A stretch of DNA of 64,000 nucleotides, from the NCBI RefSeq assembly GCF_988243305.1, contig NZ_OZ547136.1; one strand, given 5' to 3'. A program made the position numbers and the translations under genes. Every line of letters begins with the position of its first letter. Within the stretch, counting starts at the first letter, position 1. Positions 11,278 through 22,094 of the stretch are shown here, one piece after another. The notes below the pieces were generated by a model. The model did no database searches and was not told the DNA's origin. It worked only from the letters and a program-made list of their open reading frames with translations.

Positions 11278-12480
11278 GTGACGGCGTTAAAAGTAGGAAG
11301 TGAGAGCTGGTGGCAGTCGAAACATGGCCCGGAATGGCAGCGTCTGAATGACGAAATGTTTGAGGTCACTTTCTGGTGGCGTGATCCCCAAGGTTCTGAA
11401 GAATACTCGACGATAAAGCGCGTATGGGTCTACATCACTGGTGTGACCGATCACCATCAGAACAGCCAGCCCCAGTCGATGCAGCGAATTGCAGGTACCA
11501 ACGTCTGGCAGTGGACGACACAACTTAATGCCAACTGGCGCGGCAGCTACTGTTTTATTCCCACCGAACGCGATGACATTTTTTCTGCACCATCCCCCGA
11601 TCGCCTCGAATTACGTGAAGGCTGGCGAAAACTATTACCCCAGGCGATAGCCGATCCGCTGAATCCACAAAGCTGGAAAGGCGGGCGAGGGCACGCTGTT
11701 TCTGCACTCGAAATGCCGCAAGCGCCTCTGCAACCGGGATGGGATTGTCCGCAAGCGCCAGAAATACCTGTCAAAGAAATTATCTGGAAAAGTGAACAGT
11801 TGAAAAATTCACGCCGTGTATGGATTTTTACCACCGGCGATGCAACAGCAGAAGAACGCCCGCTGGCAGTTTTGCTTGATGGCGAATTTTGGGCGCAGAG
11901 TATGCCCGTCTGGCCTGCGCTGACTTCGCTGACCCATCGTCGGCAACTTCCTCCCGCCGTGTATGTGTTGATCGACGCTATCGACACCACGCACCGCGCT
12001 CACGAACTGCCGTGTAATGCGGATTTCTGGCTGGCAGTACAGCAAGAGTTATTACCCCTGGTGAAAGCTATTGCCCCTTTTAGCGATCGCGCCGATCGCA
12101 CCGTGGTCGCCGGGCAGAGTTTTGGTGGGCTTTCCGCGCTGTATGCCGGACTGCACTGGCCTGAACGCTTTGGCTGTGTATTAAGCCAGTCAGGATCGTA
12201 CTGGTGGCCGCATCGGGGCGGGCAGCAAGAAGGTGTTTTACTTGAGCAACTTAAAGCTGGTCAAGTTAGTGCCGAAGGTCTGCGCATTGTGCTGGAAGCG
12301 GGTATTCGCGAGCCGATGATCATGCAGGCCAATCAGGCGCTGTATGCGCAATTACACCCCATAAAAGAATCCATTTTCTGGCGTCAGGTTGACGGCGGAC
12401 ATGATGCGCTTTGTTGGCGCGGTGGCTTGATGCAGGGGCTAATCGACCTCTGGCAACCACTTTTCCATGACAGGAGTTGA
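11278..12480 (+). CDS. fes: Ferric enterobactin esterase
   Basis: 400-aa ORF with GTG start; esterase motif GQSFGG; MTALKVGSESWW... Confidence 0.9.
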   Translation: MTALKVGSESWWQSKHGPEWQRLNDEMFEVTFWWRDPQGSEEYSTIKRVWVYITGVTDHHQNSQPQSMQRIAGTNVWQWTTQLNANWRGSYCFIPTERDDIFSAPSPDRLELREGWRKLLPQAIADPLNPQSWKGGRGHAVSALEMPQAPLQPGWDCPQAPEIPVKEIIWKSEQLKNSRRVWIFTTGDATAEERPLAVLLDGEFWAQSMPVWPALTSLTHRRQLPPAVYVLIDAIDTTHRAHELPCNADFWLAVQQELLPLVKAIAPFSDRADRTVVAGQSFGGLSALYAGLHWPERFGCVLSQSGSYWWPHRGGQQEGVLLEQLKAGQVSAEGLRIVLEAGIREPMIMQANQALYAQLHPIKESIFWRQVDGGHDALCWRGGLMQGLIDLWQPLFHDRS

Positions 12481-12482
12481 AT

Positions 12483-12701
12483 ATGGCATTCAGTAATCCC
12501 TTCGATGATCCGCAGGGAGCGTTTTACATTTTGCGCAATGCGCAGGGGCAATTCAGTCTGTGGCCGCAACAATGCGCCTTACCGGCAGGCTGGGACGTTG
12601 TGTGTCAGCCGCAGTCACAGGCGTCCTGCCAGCAGTGGCTTGAAGCCCACTGGCGTACTCTGACACCGGCGAATTTCACCCAGTTGCAGGAGGCACAATG
12701 A
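12483..12701 (+). CDS. ybdZ: MbtH-like protein
   Basis: 72 aa from ATG at 12483; conserved Trp residues of the MbtH fold (SLWP, GWD); its stop overlaps the entF start. Confidence 0.9.
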   Translation: MAFSNPFDDPQGAFYILRNAQGQFSLWPQQCALPAGWDVVCQPQSQASCQQWLEAHWRTLTPANFTQLQEAQ

Positions 12702-15700
12702 GCCAGCATTTACCTTTGGTCGCCGCACAGCCCGGCATCTGGATGGCAGAAAAACTGTCGGATTTACCCTCCGCCTGGAGCGTGGCGCATTACGTTGAGT
12801 TAACCGGAGAGGTTGATGCGCCATTACTGGCCCGCGCGGTGGTTGCCGGATTAGCGCAAGCAGATACGCTGCGGATGCGTTTTACGGAAGATAACGGCGA
12901 AGTCTGGCAGTGGGTCGATGATGCGCTGACGTTCGAACTGCCAGAAATTATCGATCTGCGTACCAACATTGATCCGCACGGTACTGCGCAGGCATTAATG
13001 CAGGCGGATTTACAGCAAAATCTACGTGCCGACAGCGGCAAACCGCTGGTCTTTCATCAGCTCATTCAGGTGGCAGATAACCGCTGGTATTGGTATCAGC
13101 GTTATCACCATTTGTTGGTCGATGGCTTCAGTTTCCCGGCAATTACCCGCCAGATCGCCAATATTTACTGCGCATGGCTGCGTGGCGAACCAACGCCTGC
13201 TTCGCCGTTTACGCCTTTCGCTGATGTCGTGGAAGAGTACCAGCAATACCGCGAAAGCGAAGCCTGGCAGCGAGATGCGGCATTCTGGACGGAACAGCGT
13301 CGTCAACTGCCGCCGCCCGCGTCACTTTCTCCGGCACCTTTACCGGGGCGCAGCGTCTCGGCAGATATTCTGCGCCTGAAACTGGAGTTTACCGACGGGG
13401 AATTCCGCCAGCTGGCTATGCAACTTTCAGGTGTGCAGCGTACCGATTTAGCCCTTGCGCTGGCGGCTTTGTGGCTGGGGCGATTGTGCAATCGCATGGA
13501 CTACGCCGCCGGATTTATCTTTATGCGTCGACTGGGCTCGGCGGCGCTGACGGCTACCGGACCCGTGCTCAACGTTTTGCCGTTGGGGATTCACATTGCG
13601 GCACAAGAAACGCTGCCGGAACTGGCAACCCGACTGGCAGCACAACTGAAAAAAATGCGTCGTCATCAACGTTACGATGCCGAACAAATTGTCCGTGACA
13701 GCGGGCGAGCGGCAGGAGAGGAACCGCTGTTCGGTCCGGTACTCAATATCAAGGTATTTGATTACCAACTGGATATTCCTGGTGTTCAGACGCAAACCCA
13801 TACCCTGGCAACCGGTCCGGTTAATGACCTTGAACTGGCCCTGTTCCCGGATGAACACGGTGATTTGAGTATTGAGATCCTCGCCAATAAACAGCGTTAC
13901 GATGAGCCAACGTTAATTCAACACGCTGAACGCCTGAAAATGCTGATTGCCCAGTTCGCCGCGGATCCGGCGCTGTTGTGCGGCGATGTCGATATTATGC
14001 TGCCAGGTGAATATGCGCAGCTGGCGCAGATCAACGCCACTCAGGTTGAGATTCCAGAAACCACGCTGAGCGCGCTGGTGGCAGAACAAGCGGCAAAAAC
14101 GCCGCATGCTCCGGCGCTGGCAGATGCGCGTTACCAGTTCAGCTATCGGGAAATGCGCGAGCAGGTGGTGGCGCTGGCGAATCTGCTGCGTGAGCGCGGC
14201 GTTAAACCAGGGGACAGCGTGGCGGTGGCATTACCGCGCTCGGTCTTTTTGACCCTGGCGCTACATGCGATAGTTGAAGCTGGCGCGGCCTGGCTACCGC
14301 TGGATACCGGTTATCCGGACGATCGCCTGAAAATGATGCTGGAAGATGCGCGTCCGTCGCTGTTAATCACCACCGACGATCAACTGCCGCGCTTTGCCGA
14401 TGTTCCAGATTTAACCAACCTTTGCTATAACGCCCCGCTTACACCGCAGGGCAGTGCGCCGCTGCAGCTTTCACAACCGCACCACACGGCTTATATCATC
14501 TTCACCTCAGGTTCCACCGGCAGACCAAAAGGGGTAATGGTCGGGCAGACGGCTATCGTTAACCGCCTGCTTTGGATGCAAAACCACTACCCGCTTACAG
14601 GCGAAGATGTCGTTGCCCAAAAAACGCCGTGCAGTTTTGATGTCTCGGTGTGGGAGTTTTTCTGGCCGTTTATTGCCGGGGCTAAACTGGTGATGGCTGA
14701 ACCGGAAGCGCACCGCGACCCGCTCGCTATGCAGCAATTCTTTGCCGAATATGGTGTAACGACCACGCACTTTGTGCCGTCGATGCTGGCGGCATTTGTT
14801 GCATCGCTGACTCCGCAAACCGCTCGCCAGAATTGCGCGACGTTGAAACAGGTTTTCTGTAGTGGTGAGGCCTTACCCGCTGATTTATGCCGCGAATGGC
14901 AACAGTTAACCAGCGTGCCGTTGCATAATTTATATGGCCCGACGGAAGCGGTGGTAGATGTCAGCTGGTATCCGGCTTTTGGCGAGGAACTGGCACAGGT
15001 ACGCGGCAGCAGTGTGCCGATTGGTTATCCGGTGTGGAACACGGGCCTGCGTATTCTTGATGCAATGATGCATCCGGTGCCGCCGGGTGTGGCGGGAGAT
15101 CTCTATCTCACCGGTATTCAACTGGCGCAGGGGTATCTTGGACGACCCGATCTGACCGCCAGCCGCTTTATTGCCGATCCTTTTGCCCCAGGTGAAAGGA
15201 TGTACCGTACCGGAGACGTTGCCCGCTGGCTGGATAACGGCGCGGTGGAGTACCTCGGGCGCAGTGACGATCAGCTAAAAATTCGCGGGCAGCGTATTGA
15301 ACTGGGCGAAATCGATCGCGTGATGCAGGCACTGCCGGATGTCGAACAGGCCGTTACCCACGCCTGTGTGATTAACCAGGCGGCAGCCACTGGTGGTGAT
15401 GCGCGTCAGTTGGTGGGCTATCTGGTGTCGCAATCGGGCCTGCCGTTGGATACCAGCGCATTACAGGCGCAGCTTCGCGAAACATTGCCACCACATATGG
15501 TGCCAGTGGTTCTGCTGCAACTTCCACAGTTACCTCTTAGCGCCAACGGCAAGCTGGATCGCAAAGCCTTACCGTTGCCTGAACTGAAAGCACAAGCGCC
15601 GGGGCGTGCGCCGAAAGCGGGCAGTGAAACGATTATCGCCGCGGCATTCTCGTCGTTGCTGGGTTGTGACGTGCAGGATGCCGATGCTGATTTCTTTGCG

Positions 15701-16579
15701 CTTGGCGGTCATTCGCTACTGGCAATGAAACTGGCTGCGCAGTTAAGTCGGCAGTTTACCCGCCAGGTGACGCCGGGGCAGGTGATGGTCGCGTCAACTG
15801 TCGCCAAACTGGCAACGATTATTGATGGTGAAGAAGACAGCACCCAGCGCATGGGATTCGAAACCATTCTGCCGTTGCGTGAAGGTAATGGCCCGACGCT
15901 GTTTTGTTTCCATCCGGCATCCGGTTTTGCCTGGCAGTTTAGCGTGCTTTCGCGTTATCTCGATCCACAATGGTCGATTATCGGCATTCAGTCGCCGCGC
16001 CCTCATGGCCCCATGCAGACGGCGGCAAACCTGGATGAAGTCTGCGAAGCGCATCTGGCAACGTTACTTGAACAACAACCGCACGGCCCTTATTACCTGC
16101 TGGGGTATTCGCTGGGCGGTACGCTGGCGCAGGGCATTGCGGCGCGACTGCGTGCCCGTGGCGAACAGGTGGCATTTCTTGGCTTGCTGGATACCTGGCC
16201 GCCAGAAACGCAAAACTGGCAGGAAAAAGAGGCTAATGGTCTGGACCCGGAAGTGCTGGCGGAGATTAACCGCGAGCGCGAGGCCTTCCTGGCGGCACAA
16301 CAGGGAAGTACTTCAACGGATTTGTTTACCACCATTGAAGGCAACTACGCTGATGCTGTGCGCCTGCTGACGACTGCTCATAGCGTACCGTTTGAAGGTA
16401 AAGCGACGCTGTTTGTTGCTGAACGCACACTTCAGGAAGGTATGAATCCCGAACGCGCCTGGTCGCCGTGGATTGCGGAGCTGGATATCTATCGTCAGGA
16501 TTGTGCGCATGTGGATATTATCTCTCCAGGGGCGTTTGAAAAAATTGGGCCGATTATTCGCGCTACGCTAAACAGGTAA
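12698..16579 (+). CDS. entF: Enterobactin NRPS, serine-activating (C-A-PCP-TE)
   Basis: 1293 aa; condensation motif YHHLLVDGFS, adenylation motif FTSGSTGRPKGV, PCP motif LGGHSL, thioesterase motif GYSLGG. Confidence 0.95.
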   Translation: MSQHLPLVAAQPGIWMAEKLSDLPSAWSVAHYVELTGEVDAPLLARAVVAGLAQADTLRMRFTEDNGEVWQWVDDALTFELPEIIDLRTNIDPHGTAQALMQADLQQNLRADSGKPLVFHQLIQVADNRWYWYQRYHHLLVDGFSFPAITRQIANIYCAWLRGEPTPASPFTPFADVVEEYQQYRESEAWQRDAAFWTEQRRQLPPPASLSPAPLPGRSVSADILRLKLEFTDGEFRQLAMQLSGVQRTDLALALAALWLGRLCNRMDYAAGFIFMRRLGSAALTATGPVLNVLPLGIHIAAQETLPELATRLAAQLKKMRRHQRYDAEQIVRDSGRAAGEEPLFGPVLNIKVFDYQLDIPGVQTQTHTLATGPVNDLELALFPDEHGDLSIEILANKQRYDEPTLIQHAERLKMLIAQFAADPALLCGDVDIMLPGEYAQLAQINATQVEIPETTLSALVAEQAAKTPHAPALADARYQFSYREMREQVVALANLLRERGVKPGDSVAVALPRSVFLTLALHAIVEAGAAWLPLDTGYPDDRLKMMLEDARPSLLITTDDQLPRFADVPDLTNLCYNAPLTPQGSAPLQLSQPHHTAYIIFTSGSTGRPKGVMVGQTAIVNRLLWMQNHYPLTGEDVVAQKTPCSFDVSVWEFFWPFIAGAKLVMAEPEAHRDPLAMQQFFAEYGVTTTHFVPSMLAAFVASLTPQTARQNCATLKQVFCSGEALPADLCREWQQLTSVPLHNLYGPTEAVVDVSWYPAFGEELAQVRGSSVPIGYPVWNTGLRILDAMMHPVPPGVAGDLYLTGIQLAQGYLGRPDLTASRFIADPFAPGERMYRTGDVARWLDNGAVEYLGRSDDQLKIRGQRIELGEIDRVMQALPDVEQAVTHACVINQAAATGGDARQLVGYLVSQSGLPLDTSALQAQLRETLPPHMVPVVLLQLPQLPLSANGKLDRKALPLPELKAQAPGRAPKAGSETIIAAAFSSLLGCDVQDADADFFALGGHSLLAMKLAAQLSRQFTRQVTPGQVMVASTVAKLATIIDGEEDSTQRMGFETILPLREGNGPTLFCFHPASGFAWQFSVLSRYLDPQWSIIGIQSPRPHGPMQTAANLDEVCEAHLATLLEQQPHGPYYLLGYSLGGTLAQGIAARLRARGEQVAFLGLLDTWPPETQNWQEKEANGLDPEVLAEINREREAFLAAQQGSTSTDLFTTIEGNYADAVRLLTTAHSVPFEGKATLFVAERTLQEGMNPERAWSPWIAELDIYRQDCAHVDIISPGAFEKIGPIIRATLNR

Positions 16580-16794
16580 ATTAATATTATCCATAAACCC
16601 ATAATTACAGGAAATGATTATGGGTTTATCATTTATTTGATTTATAAGTTTGGTGGATATTTCTCTTAAATAGAGTGAATGTTGCATTCAGTGGAAGGAA
16701 TTTACAAACTTCAGCTTCGGATAATTCTCACCAACTGGTAAAGTGAGCGCCGTGGAGATTTCCCCCTATTGGACTCATTTTCAGGTTATACCCC

Positions 16795-17928
16795 ATGTCA
16801 TCACTGAATATTAAACAGGGAAGTGACGCTCATTTTCCCGAGTATCCTCTGGCGTCGCCCAGTAATAATGAAATTGATTTACTTAATCTAATCGCAGTTT
16901 TATGGCGGGCCAAAAAAACGGTCATGGCGGTCATTTTTGCATTTGCCTGCGCAGGTTTACTGATCTCTTTCATCCTGCCGCAAAAATGGACCAGCGCGGC
17001 GGTTGTCACGCCTCCAGAACCTGTTCAGTGGCAAGAGCTGGAGAAAACATTCACTAAGCTTCGAGTGCTGGATCTGGATATCAAAATTGATCGTACAGAA
17101 GCATTTAACCTGTTTATCAAGAAGTTTCAGTCGGTTAGCTTGCTGGAAGAGTACCTGCGTTCATCACCTTATGTGATGGACCAATTAAAAGAGGCGAAAA
17201 TCGACGAACTGGATTTGCATCGCGCAATTGTCGCATTGAGCGAAAAAATGAAAGCGGTTGATGACAATGCCAGTAAGAAAAAAGATGAACCGTCACTTTA
17301 TACCTCCTGGACGCTAAGTTTTACCGCGCCAACCAATGAAGAGGCGCAAACCGTTTTGAGCGGGTATATCGATTATATCTCTGCTCTGGTGGTGAAAGAG
17401 TCGATAGAAAATGAGCGCAATAGACTGGAGCTTAAAACCCAGTTTGAAAAAGAAAAACTGGCTCAGGACCGCATTAAAATGAAAAATCAACTTGATGCAA
17501 ACATTCAGCGCCTCAATTATTCACTCGACATTGCCAACGCGGCAGGAATTAAAAAGCCCGTTTACAGTAATGGTCAGGCCGTTAAAGATGACCCCGATTT
17601 CTCTATTTCTCTCGGCGCAGACGGTATTGAACGCAAACTGGAAATTGAAAAAGCGGTTACTGACGTTGCGGAACTGAACGGTGAATTACGTAATCGTCAG
17701 TATCTTGTCGAGCAATTAACAAAAGCAAATATCAACGATGTGAATTTTACGCCGTTTAAATATCAGTTAAGCCCGTCATTGCCAGTGAAAAAAGACGGTC
17801 CGGGTAAGGCGATTATTGTGATCCTTTCTGCGATGGTCGGCGGGATGGTGGCTTGTGGTGGCGTGCTGTTGCGCTATGCGATGGCATCCAGAAAACAGGA
17901 TGCCGTGATGGAAGAGCACTTAGTTTAA
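16795..17928 (+). CDS. fepE: Polysaccharide co-polymerase (Wzz-like) FepE
   Basis: 377 aa; N- and C-terminal TM segments flanking a coiled-coil periplasmic domain. Confidence 0.9.
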   Translation: MSSLNIKQGSDAHFPEYPLASPSNNEIDLLNLIAVLWRAKKTVMAVIFAFACAGLLISFILPQKWTSAAVVTPPEPVQWQELEKTFTKLRVLDLDIKIDRTEAFNLFIKKFQSVSLLEEYLRSSPYVMDQLKEAKIDELDLHRAIVALSEKMKAVDDNASKKKDEPSLYTSWTLSFTAPTNEEAQTVLSGYIDYISALVVKESIENERNRLELKTQFEKEKLAQDRIKMKNQLDANIQRLNYSLDIANAAGIKKPVYSNGQAVKDDPDFSISLGADGIERKLEIEKAVTDVAELNGELRNRQYLVEQLTKANINDVNFTPFKYQLSPSLPVKKDGPGKAIIVILSAMVGGMVACGGVLLRYAMASRKQDAVMEEHLV

Positions 17929-18740
17929 ATCTTGGCAGTTGAAGGTGCCGTTCGTCCGAGCGGCACCACGAGCGGAGTTCCGGCTACCGGATCGTCAATA
18001 ATCATGCAGCGCAGACCATAAATGCGCTCGATCAATTCAGCAGTGACAATCTCCTTCGGCGCTCCCTGAGCAACAATTTTCCCTTCCCGCAATGCAATCA
18101 AATGGCTGGCGTAACGACAGGCCTGATTAAGATCGTGCAGCACCGCCGCCAGGGTATAGCCTTTCTCGCGGTTCAGTTCGCTTAACAGTTCCAGCAAATC
18201 AATCTGATGACTGATATCCAGCCAGGTCGTTGGTTCATCGAGCAGCATAATTGCCGTTTCCTGGGCCAGCACCATTGCTATCCACGCTCGCTGGCGTTGT
18301 CCGCCAGAAAGGGTATCCACGCTTTGATCCGCCAGATGGGTGATTCCCGTGGCCTGCATCGCTTTTGTGACGGCCTCTTCATCTTCTTTGCGCCAGCGGG
18401 TAAACAGCGGTTGATGCGGGTAACGCCCACGCGCCACCAGCTCCTGCACGGTGATATCTCCCGGCGTGGTGGCGTTTTGCGCCAACAGGCCAATCCGGCG
18501 TGCAACCTCTTTACTGGCGTAATGTTGAATGTGCTCACCATCCAGCCAGACATGCCCGTGAGCAGGCGTCATCAGGCGGCTTAAGGTACGCAGTAACGTG
18601 GATTTACCGCAGCCATTTGGCCCGATAATTGCCGTGAAGTGACCATCAGGTATTTCTACAGTCAGATTTTCTGCAACGGTATATTTGCCATATCCGAGGG
18701 TTAACTGTTCGCCGCGCAAACGGGCTACTGATTCGGTCAT
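17925..18740 (-). CDS. fepC: Ferric enterobactin ABC transporter ATPase
   Basis: ORF 17925..18881; start MTESVARL; Walker A GPNGCGKST, signature LSGGQRQR, Walker B LLLDEP. Confidence 0.9.
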   Translation of the reverse strand: MTESVARLRGEQLTLGYGKYTVAENLTVEIPDGHFTAIIGPNGCGKSTLLRTLSRLMTPAHGHVWLDGEHIQHYASKEVARRIGLLAQNATTPGDITVQELVARGRYPHQPLFTRWRKEDEEAVTKAMQATGITHLADQSVDTLSGGQRQRAWIAMVLAQETAIMLLDEPTTWLDISHQIDLLELLSELNREKGYTLAAVLHDLNQACRYASHLIALREGKIVAQGAPKEIVTAELIERIYGLRCMIIDDPVAGTPLVVPLGRTAPSTAKI

Positions 18741-19729
18741 TTTTTGCGAGACTCCTGAATTAACAAGACGATAAGGTAAATACCACCGAGGCTGACGGTA
18801 ACGACGCCAACCGGAAGTTGATACGGCATAAACAGTTGTTGGGCGCATAGATCGGCCGCCAGCAGTAACAACGCCCCGCACAGCGCCGCCTGGGTCAGCC
18901 CCCAGCGAGCGGTGCCGCTAATGCGCCGGGCAATGTGTGGCGCGACTAAAGCAATAAAGGAAATCGGCCCGGCAAGCGCCGTTGCCGCAGCGGTGAGCAC
19001 CACTGCCACCAGCATCATTAACAGCCGCGAACGTTCGACGCTGACGCCCAACGCACACGCGGTATCATCGCCCATTTCCAGCAAGCGCATCCGGCGTACC
19101 AGTAAGGCGGCGGCAATGAGCATCAATATAATGATGGGCGCGGAAGGCGAGGTTTTTGCCCACGTCAGGCCGTTGAGCGATCCGGCATTCCACAAACCCG
19201 CTGTTAGCGCCGTTTCTAAAGACGCTTTCAGCAACAACCAGGTATTAAAGGCCACCAGCATGGCGCGAACACCGATACCGATAATAATCAACCGAAAGGT
19301 GTCGATACCGTTACGCCAGGCAAGCAGCCAGACCAGCAGCGAGGTGACAATGCCGCCCACCATTGCTGCCAGGGCGATAGCCGTCAGGTCCTGACCAAAC
19401 AGCACCATCGCCACCAGCACGCCGCTCCACGCCCCGGTGTTAAAGCCCATTACGTCAGGGCTGCCGAGCGGGTTACGCATCAGCGACTGAAAAATCGCGC
19501 CGCTGACGCCCAGAGCCGCGCCAATTAACAGCGCCATCAGCACGCGTGGTAAACGCCATTCGGTGACCACCATCGTCATACTGCGCGGCGCATCGCCCAT
19601 CAGCGCGGCGAATATCTGCGAGGTTTCCAGCGTGACGGCACCGCTGCGTAATCCCCAGATACCTGCAACCACACAGGCGGTAATTAGCAGCAAACAGGTG
19701 ATGATTAATCGGCGAGAGACGTAAATCAT
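18737..19729 (-). CDS. fepG: Ferric enterobactin ABC transporter permease
   Basis: 330-aa polytopic FecCD-family permease; 4-bp overlap with fepC. Confidence 0.9.
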   Translation of the reverse strand: MIYVSRRLIITCLLLITACVVAGIWGLRSGAVTLETSQIFAALMGDAPRSMTMVVTEWRLPRVLMALLIGAALGVSGAIFQSLMRNPLGSPDVMGFNTGAWSGVLVAMVLFGQDLTAIALAAMVGGIVTSLLVWLLAWRNGIDTFRLIIIGIGVRAMLVAFNTWLLLKASLETALTAGLWNAGSLNGLTWAKTSPSAPIIILMLIAAALLVRRMRLLEMGDDTACALGVSVERSRLLMMLVAVVLTAAATALAGPISFIALVAPHIARRISGTARWGLTQAALCGALLLLAADLCAQQLFMPYQLPVGVVTVSLGGIYLIVLLIQESRKK

Positions 19730-20730
19730 GCGCCACCTCGCGTTTTACGTCGCACGAGGAAGATCAGCACCGGTGCGCCAATAAAGGCACTGACTACAGA
19801 AACGCGCAGTTCGCCGGGCACAATCACCCGTCCGATGATATCGGCAAACAGCAGCAGGGCAGGGGTAGCAAGCAGCGTGACGGGCAGCGACCAGCGATGA
19901 TCGGCACCCACCAACCAACGTGCCATATGCGGCATCATCAGGCCAATAAAGGCAATCGGGCCAACTACCGCCGTCGCACTACCACAAAGCACGGTAATCG
20001 CCAGCAGACCAATCAACTGTGTGCGCGCCACGCGACTACCCAGCGCCGTCGCGGTGTCACTGCCGAGGCTTAAACTGTTCAGCGCGCGGCTCAGTAATAG
20101 CGCGGTTGCTCCGGCGATCAGCACCGGGATCAGCACCACTTTTAAGGTATGTAGATTGCGAATATCCAGCGAACCGGCTTGCCAGAAACGCAACTGATCG
20201 TAGACGTCAGGATTAAGCAGGGCGATGCCGCTGGTCAGCCCTTCCAGCACCGCCGCCAGTGCCACGCCCGCCAGGGTTAAACGCACCGGACTTAACTGCC
20301 CGCCGCCCTGGCTGCCGGTAAAGGCAACAATCAATGAGGCCACCAGCGCCCCGGCGAAGGCCATCGCCAGTTGTTCCTGTGCGGAAGAGTAACCAAACAG
20401 CGCCGCACCCAGCACAATGGCAAAGCTGGCTCCGGCGTTCACGCCAAGCAAGCCGGGGTCGGCAAGTGGGTTTCGGGTGAGGGTTTGCATCAGCGCCCCG
20501 GCAAGCCCAAGCGCACCGCCTGCCAGTAAACCGGCAAGGGTGCGCGGCAGACGGGCGTCGAGCACAATGGTGCAGTCGGCGCTCTGGCAGGTGCCGGAGA
20601 GCGCCTCCAGCACTACGGAAGCGGGGAGTGATTTTGCCCCAATGAGCAGGCTTAATGCCGTCGCGATAATCAGTAATAACAGCAATCCGGGCACGGCAAT
20701 GGCGCGTGTCACGGCAACAGAACCAGACAT
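19726..20730 (-). CDS. fepD: Ferric enterobactin ABC transporter permease
   Basis: ORF 19726..20742; start MSGSVAVT (334 aa); FecCD-family permease; 4-bp overlap with fepG. Confidence 0.9.
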   Translation of the reverse strand: MSGSVAVTRAIAVPGLLLLLIIATALSLLIGAKSLPASVVLEALSGTCQSADCTIVLDARLPRTLAGLLAGGALGLAGALMQTLTRNPLADPGLLGVNAGASFAIVLGAALFGYSSAQEQLAMAFAGALVASLIVAFTGSQGGGQLSPVRLTLAGVALAAVLEGLTSGIALLNPDVYDQLRFWQAGSLDIRNLHTLKVVLIPVLIAGATALLLSRALNSLSLGSDTATALGSRVARTQLIGLLAITVLCGSATAVVGPIAFIGLMMPHMARWLVGADHRWSLPVTLLATPALLLFADIIGRVIVPGELRVSVVSAFIGAPVLIFLVRRKTRGGA

Positions 20731-20742
20731 ACGAACTTCCAT

Positions 20743-20770
20743 GATAATGAAATTAATTATCGTTATCGAT
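20743..20770. promoter_or_regulatory. Candidate Fur box in the divergent fepD / entS promoter
   Basis: gataatgaaattaattatcgttatc. Confidence 0.5.
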
Positions 20771-20840
20771 CTTATTTGGATATGTTAGCATGTGCAGCCT
20801 AAGAATAGGTATTTAAAATATTTGATGGCAAGGCATTGTA

Positions 20841-22091
20841 ATGAATAAACAATCCTGGCTGCTTAACCTCAGCCTGTTGAAAACGCACCCGGCGTTTCGC
20901 GCAGTATTCCTCGCTCGTTTTATCTCAATTGTGTCTCTGGGTTTGCTCGGCGTCGCGGTGCCGGTGCAGATCCAGATGATGACGCATTCTACCTGGCAGG
21001 TGGGGCTTTCGGTAACGCTGACCGGCGGGGCGATGTTTGTTGGCCTGATGGTCGGCGGTGTGCTGGCGGATCGCTATGAGCGCAAAAAAGTGATTTTGCT
21101 GGCGCGCGGCACCTGTGGCATTGGCTTCATTGGACTGTGCCTGAACGCGCTGCTGCCGGAGCCATCTTTGCTGGCAATCTATTTACTCGGATTATGGGAT
21201 GGTTTTTTCGCATCGCTTGGCGTTACGGCGCTACTGGCGGCGACACCTGCACTGGTAGGGCGTGAAAACTTAATGCAGGCCGGGGCGATCACCATGTTGA
21301 CTGTGCGCCTGGGATCGGTGATTTCGCCTATGATTGGTGGTTTACTGCTGGCGACTGGCGGCGTAGCCTGGAACTACGGGCTGGCGGCGGCGGGCACGTT
21401 TATTACCTTGCTACCGTTGTTAAGCCTTCCGGCGTTACCACCACCACCGCAGCCGCGTGAGCATCCGTTGAAATCATTACTGGCAGGATTTCGTTTTCTA
21501 CTCGCCAGCCCGCTGGTAGGAGGGATTGCGCTGTTGGGGGGGTTATTGACGATGGCGAGCGCGGTGCGGGTACTGTATCCGGCGCTGGCTGACAACTGGC
21601 AGATGTCGGCGGCACAGATTGGTTTTCTCTATGCGGCGATCCCGCTCGGCGCGGCTATTGGCGCGTTAACCAGCGGGAAGCTGGCGCATAGCGCGCGACC
21701 AGGGTTATTGATGCTGCTCTCCACGCTGGGATCGTTCCTCGCCATTGGTCTGTTTGGCCTGATGCCGATGTGGATTTTAGGCGTGGTTTGTCTGGCGCTA
21801 TTCGGCTGGCTGAGCGCGGTCAGCTCGTTGCTGCAATACACAATGCTGCAAACGCAAACCCCGGAAGCGATGTTAGGGCGGATTAACGGTTTGTGGACGG
21901 CGCAAAACGTGACGGGCGATGCCATAGGCGCGGCGCTGCTGGGCGGTTTGGGCGCGATGATGACACCGGTTACTTCCGCAAGCGCGAGCGGTTTTGGATT
22001 GTTGATTATCGGCGTGTTGTTGTTGCTGGTGCTGGTGGAGTTGCGACGTTTTCGCCAGACGCCGCCGCAGGTGACAGCGTCCGACAGTTAA
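20841..22091 (+). CDS. entS: Enterobactin exporter (MFS)
   Basis: 416-aa 12-TM MFS protein. Confidence 0.9.
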   Translation: MNKQSWLLNLSLLKTHPAFRAVFLARFISIVSLGLLGVAVPVQIQMMTHSTWQVGLSVTLTGGAMFVGLMVGGVLADRYERKKVILLARGTCGIGFIGLCLNALLPEPSLLAIYLLGLWDGFFASLGVTALLAATPALVGRENLMQAGAITMLTVRLGSVISPMIGGLLLATGGVAWNYGLAAAGTFITLLPLLSLPALPPPPQPREHPLKSLLAGFRFLLASPLVGGIALLGGLLTMASAVRVLYPALADNWQMSAAQIGFLYAAIPLGAAIGALTSGKLAHSARPGLLMLLSTLGSFLAIGLFGLMPMWILGVVCLALFGWLSAVSSLLQYTMLQTQTPEAMLGRINGLWTAQNVTGDAIGAALLGGLGAMMTPVTSASASGFGLLIIGVLLLLVLVELRRFRQTPPQVTASDS

Positions 22092-22094
22092 TGC

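Noticed and set aside
16580-16794. Large-loop hairpin after entF (aaacccataat ... attatgggttt, about 16595..16637) as an intrinsic terminator
   Set aside because: The loop is about 21 nt and there is no clear U tract, so it is a weak terminator candidate and was not annotated.
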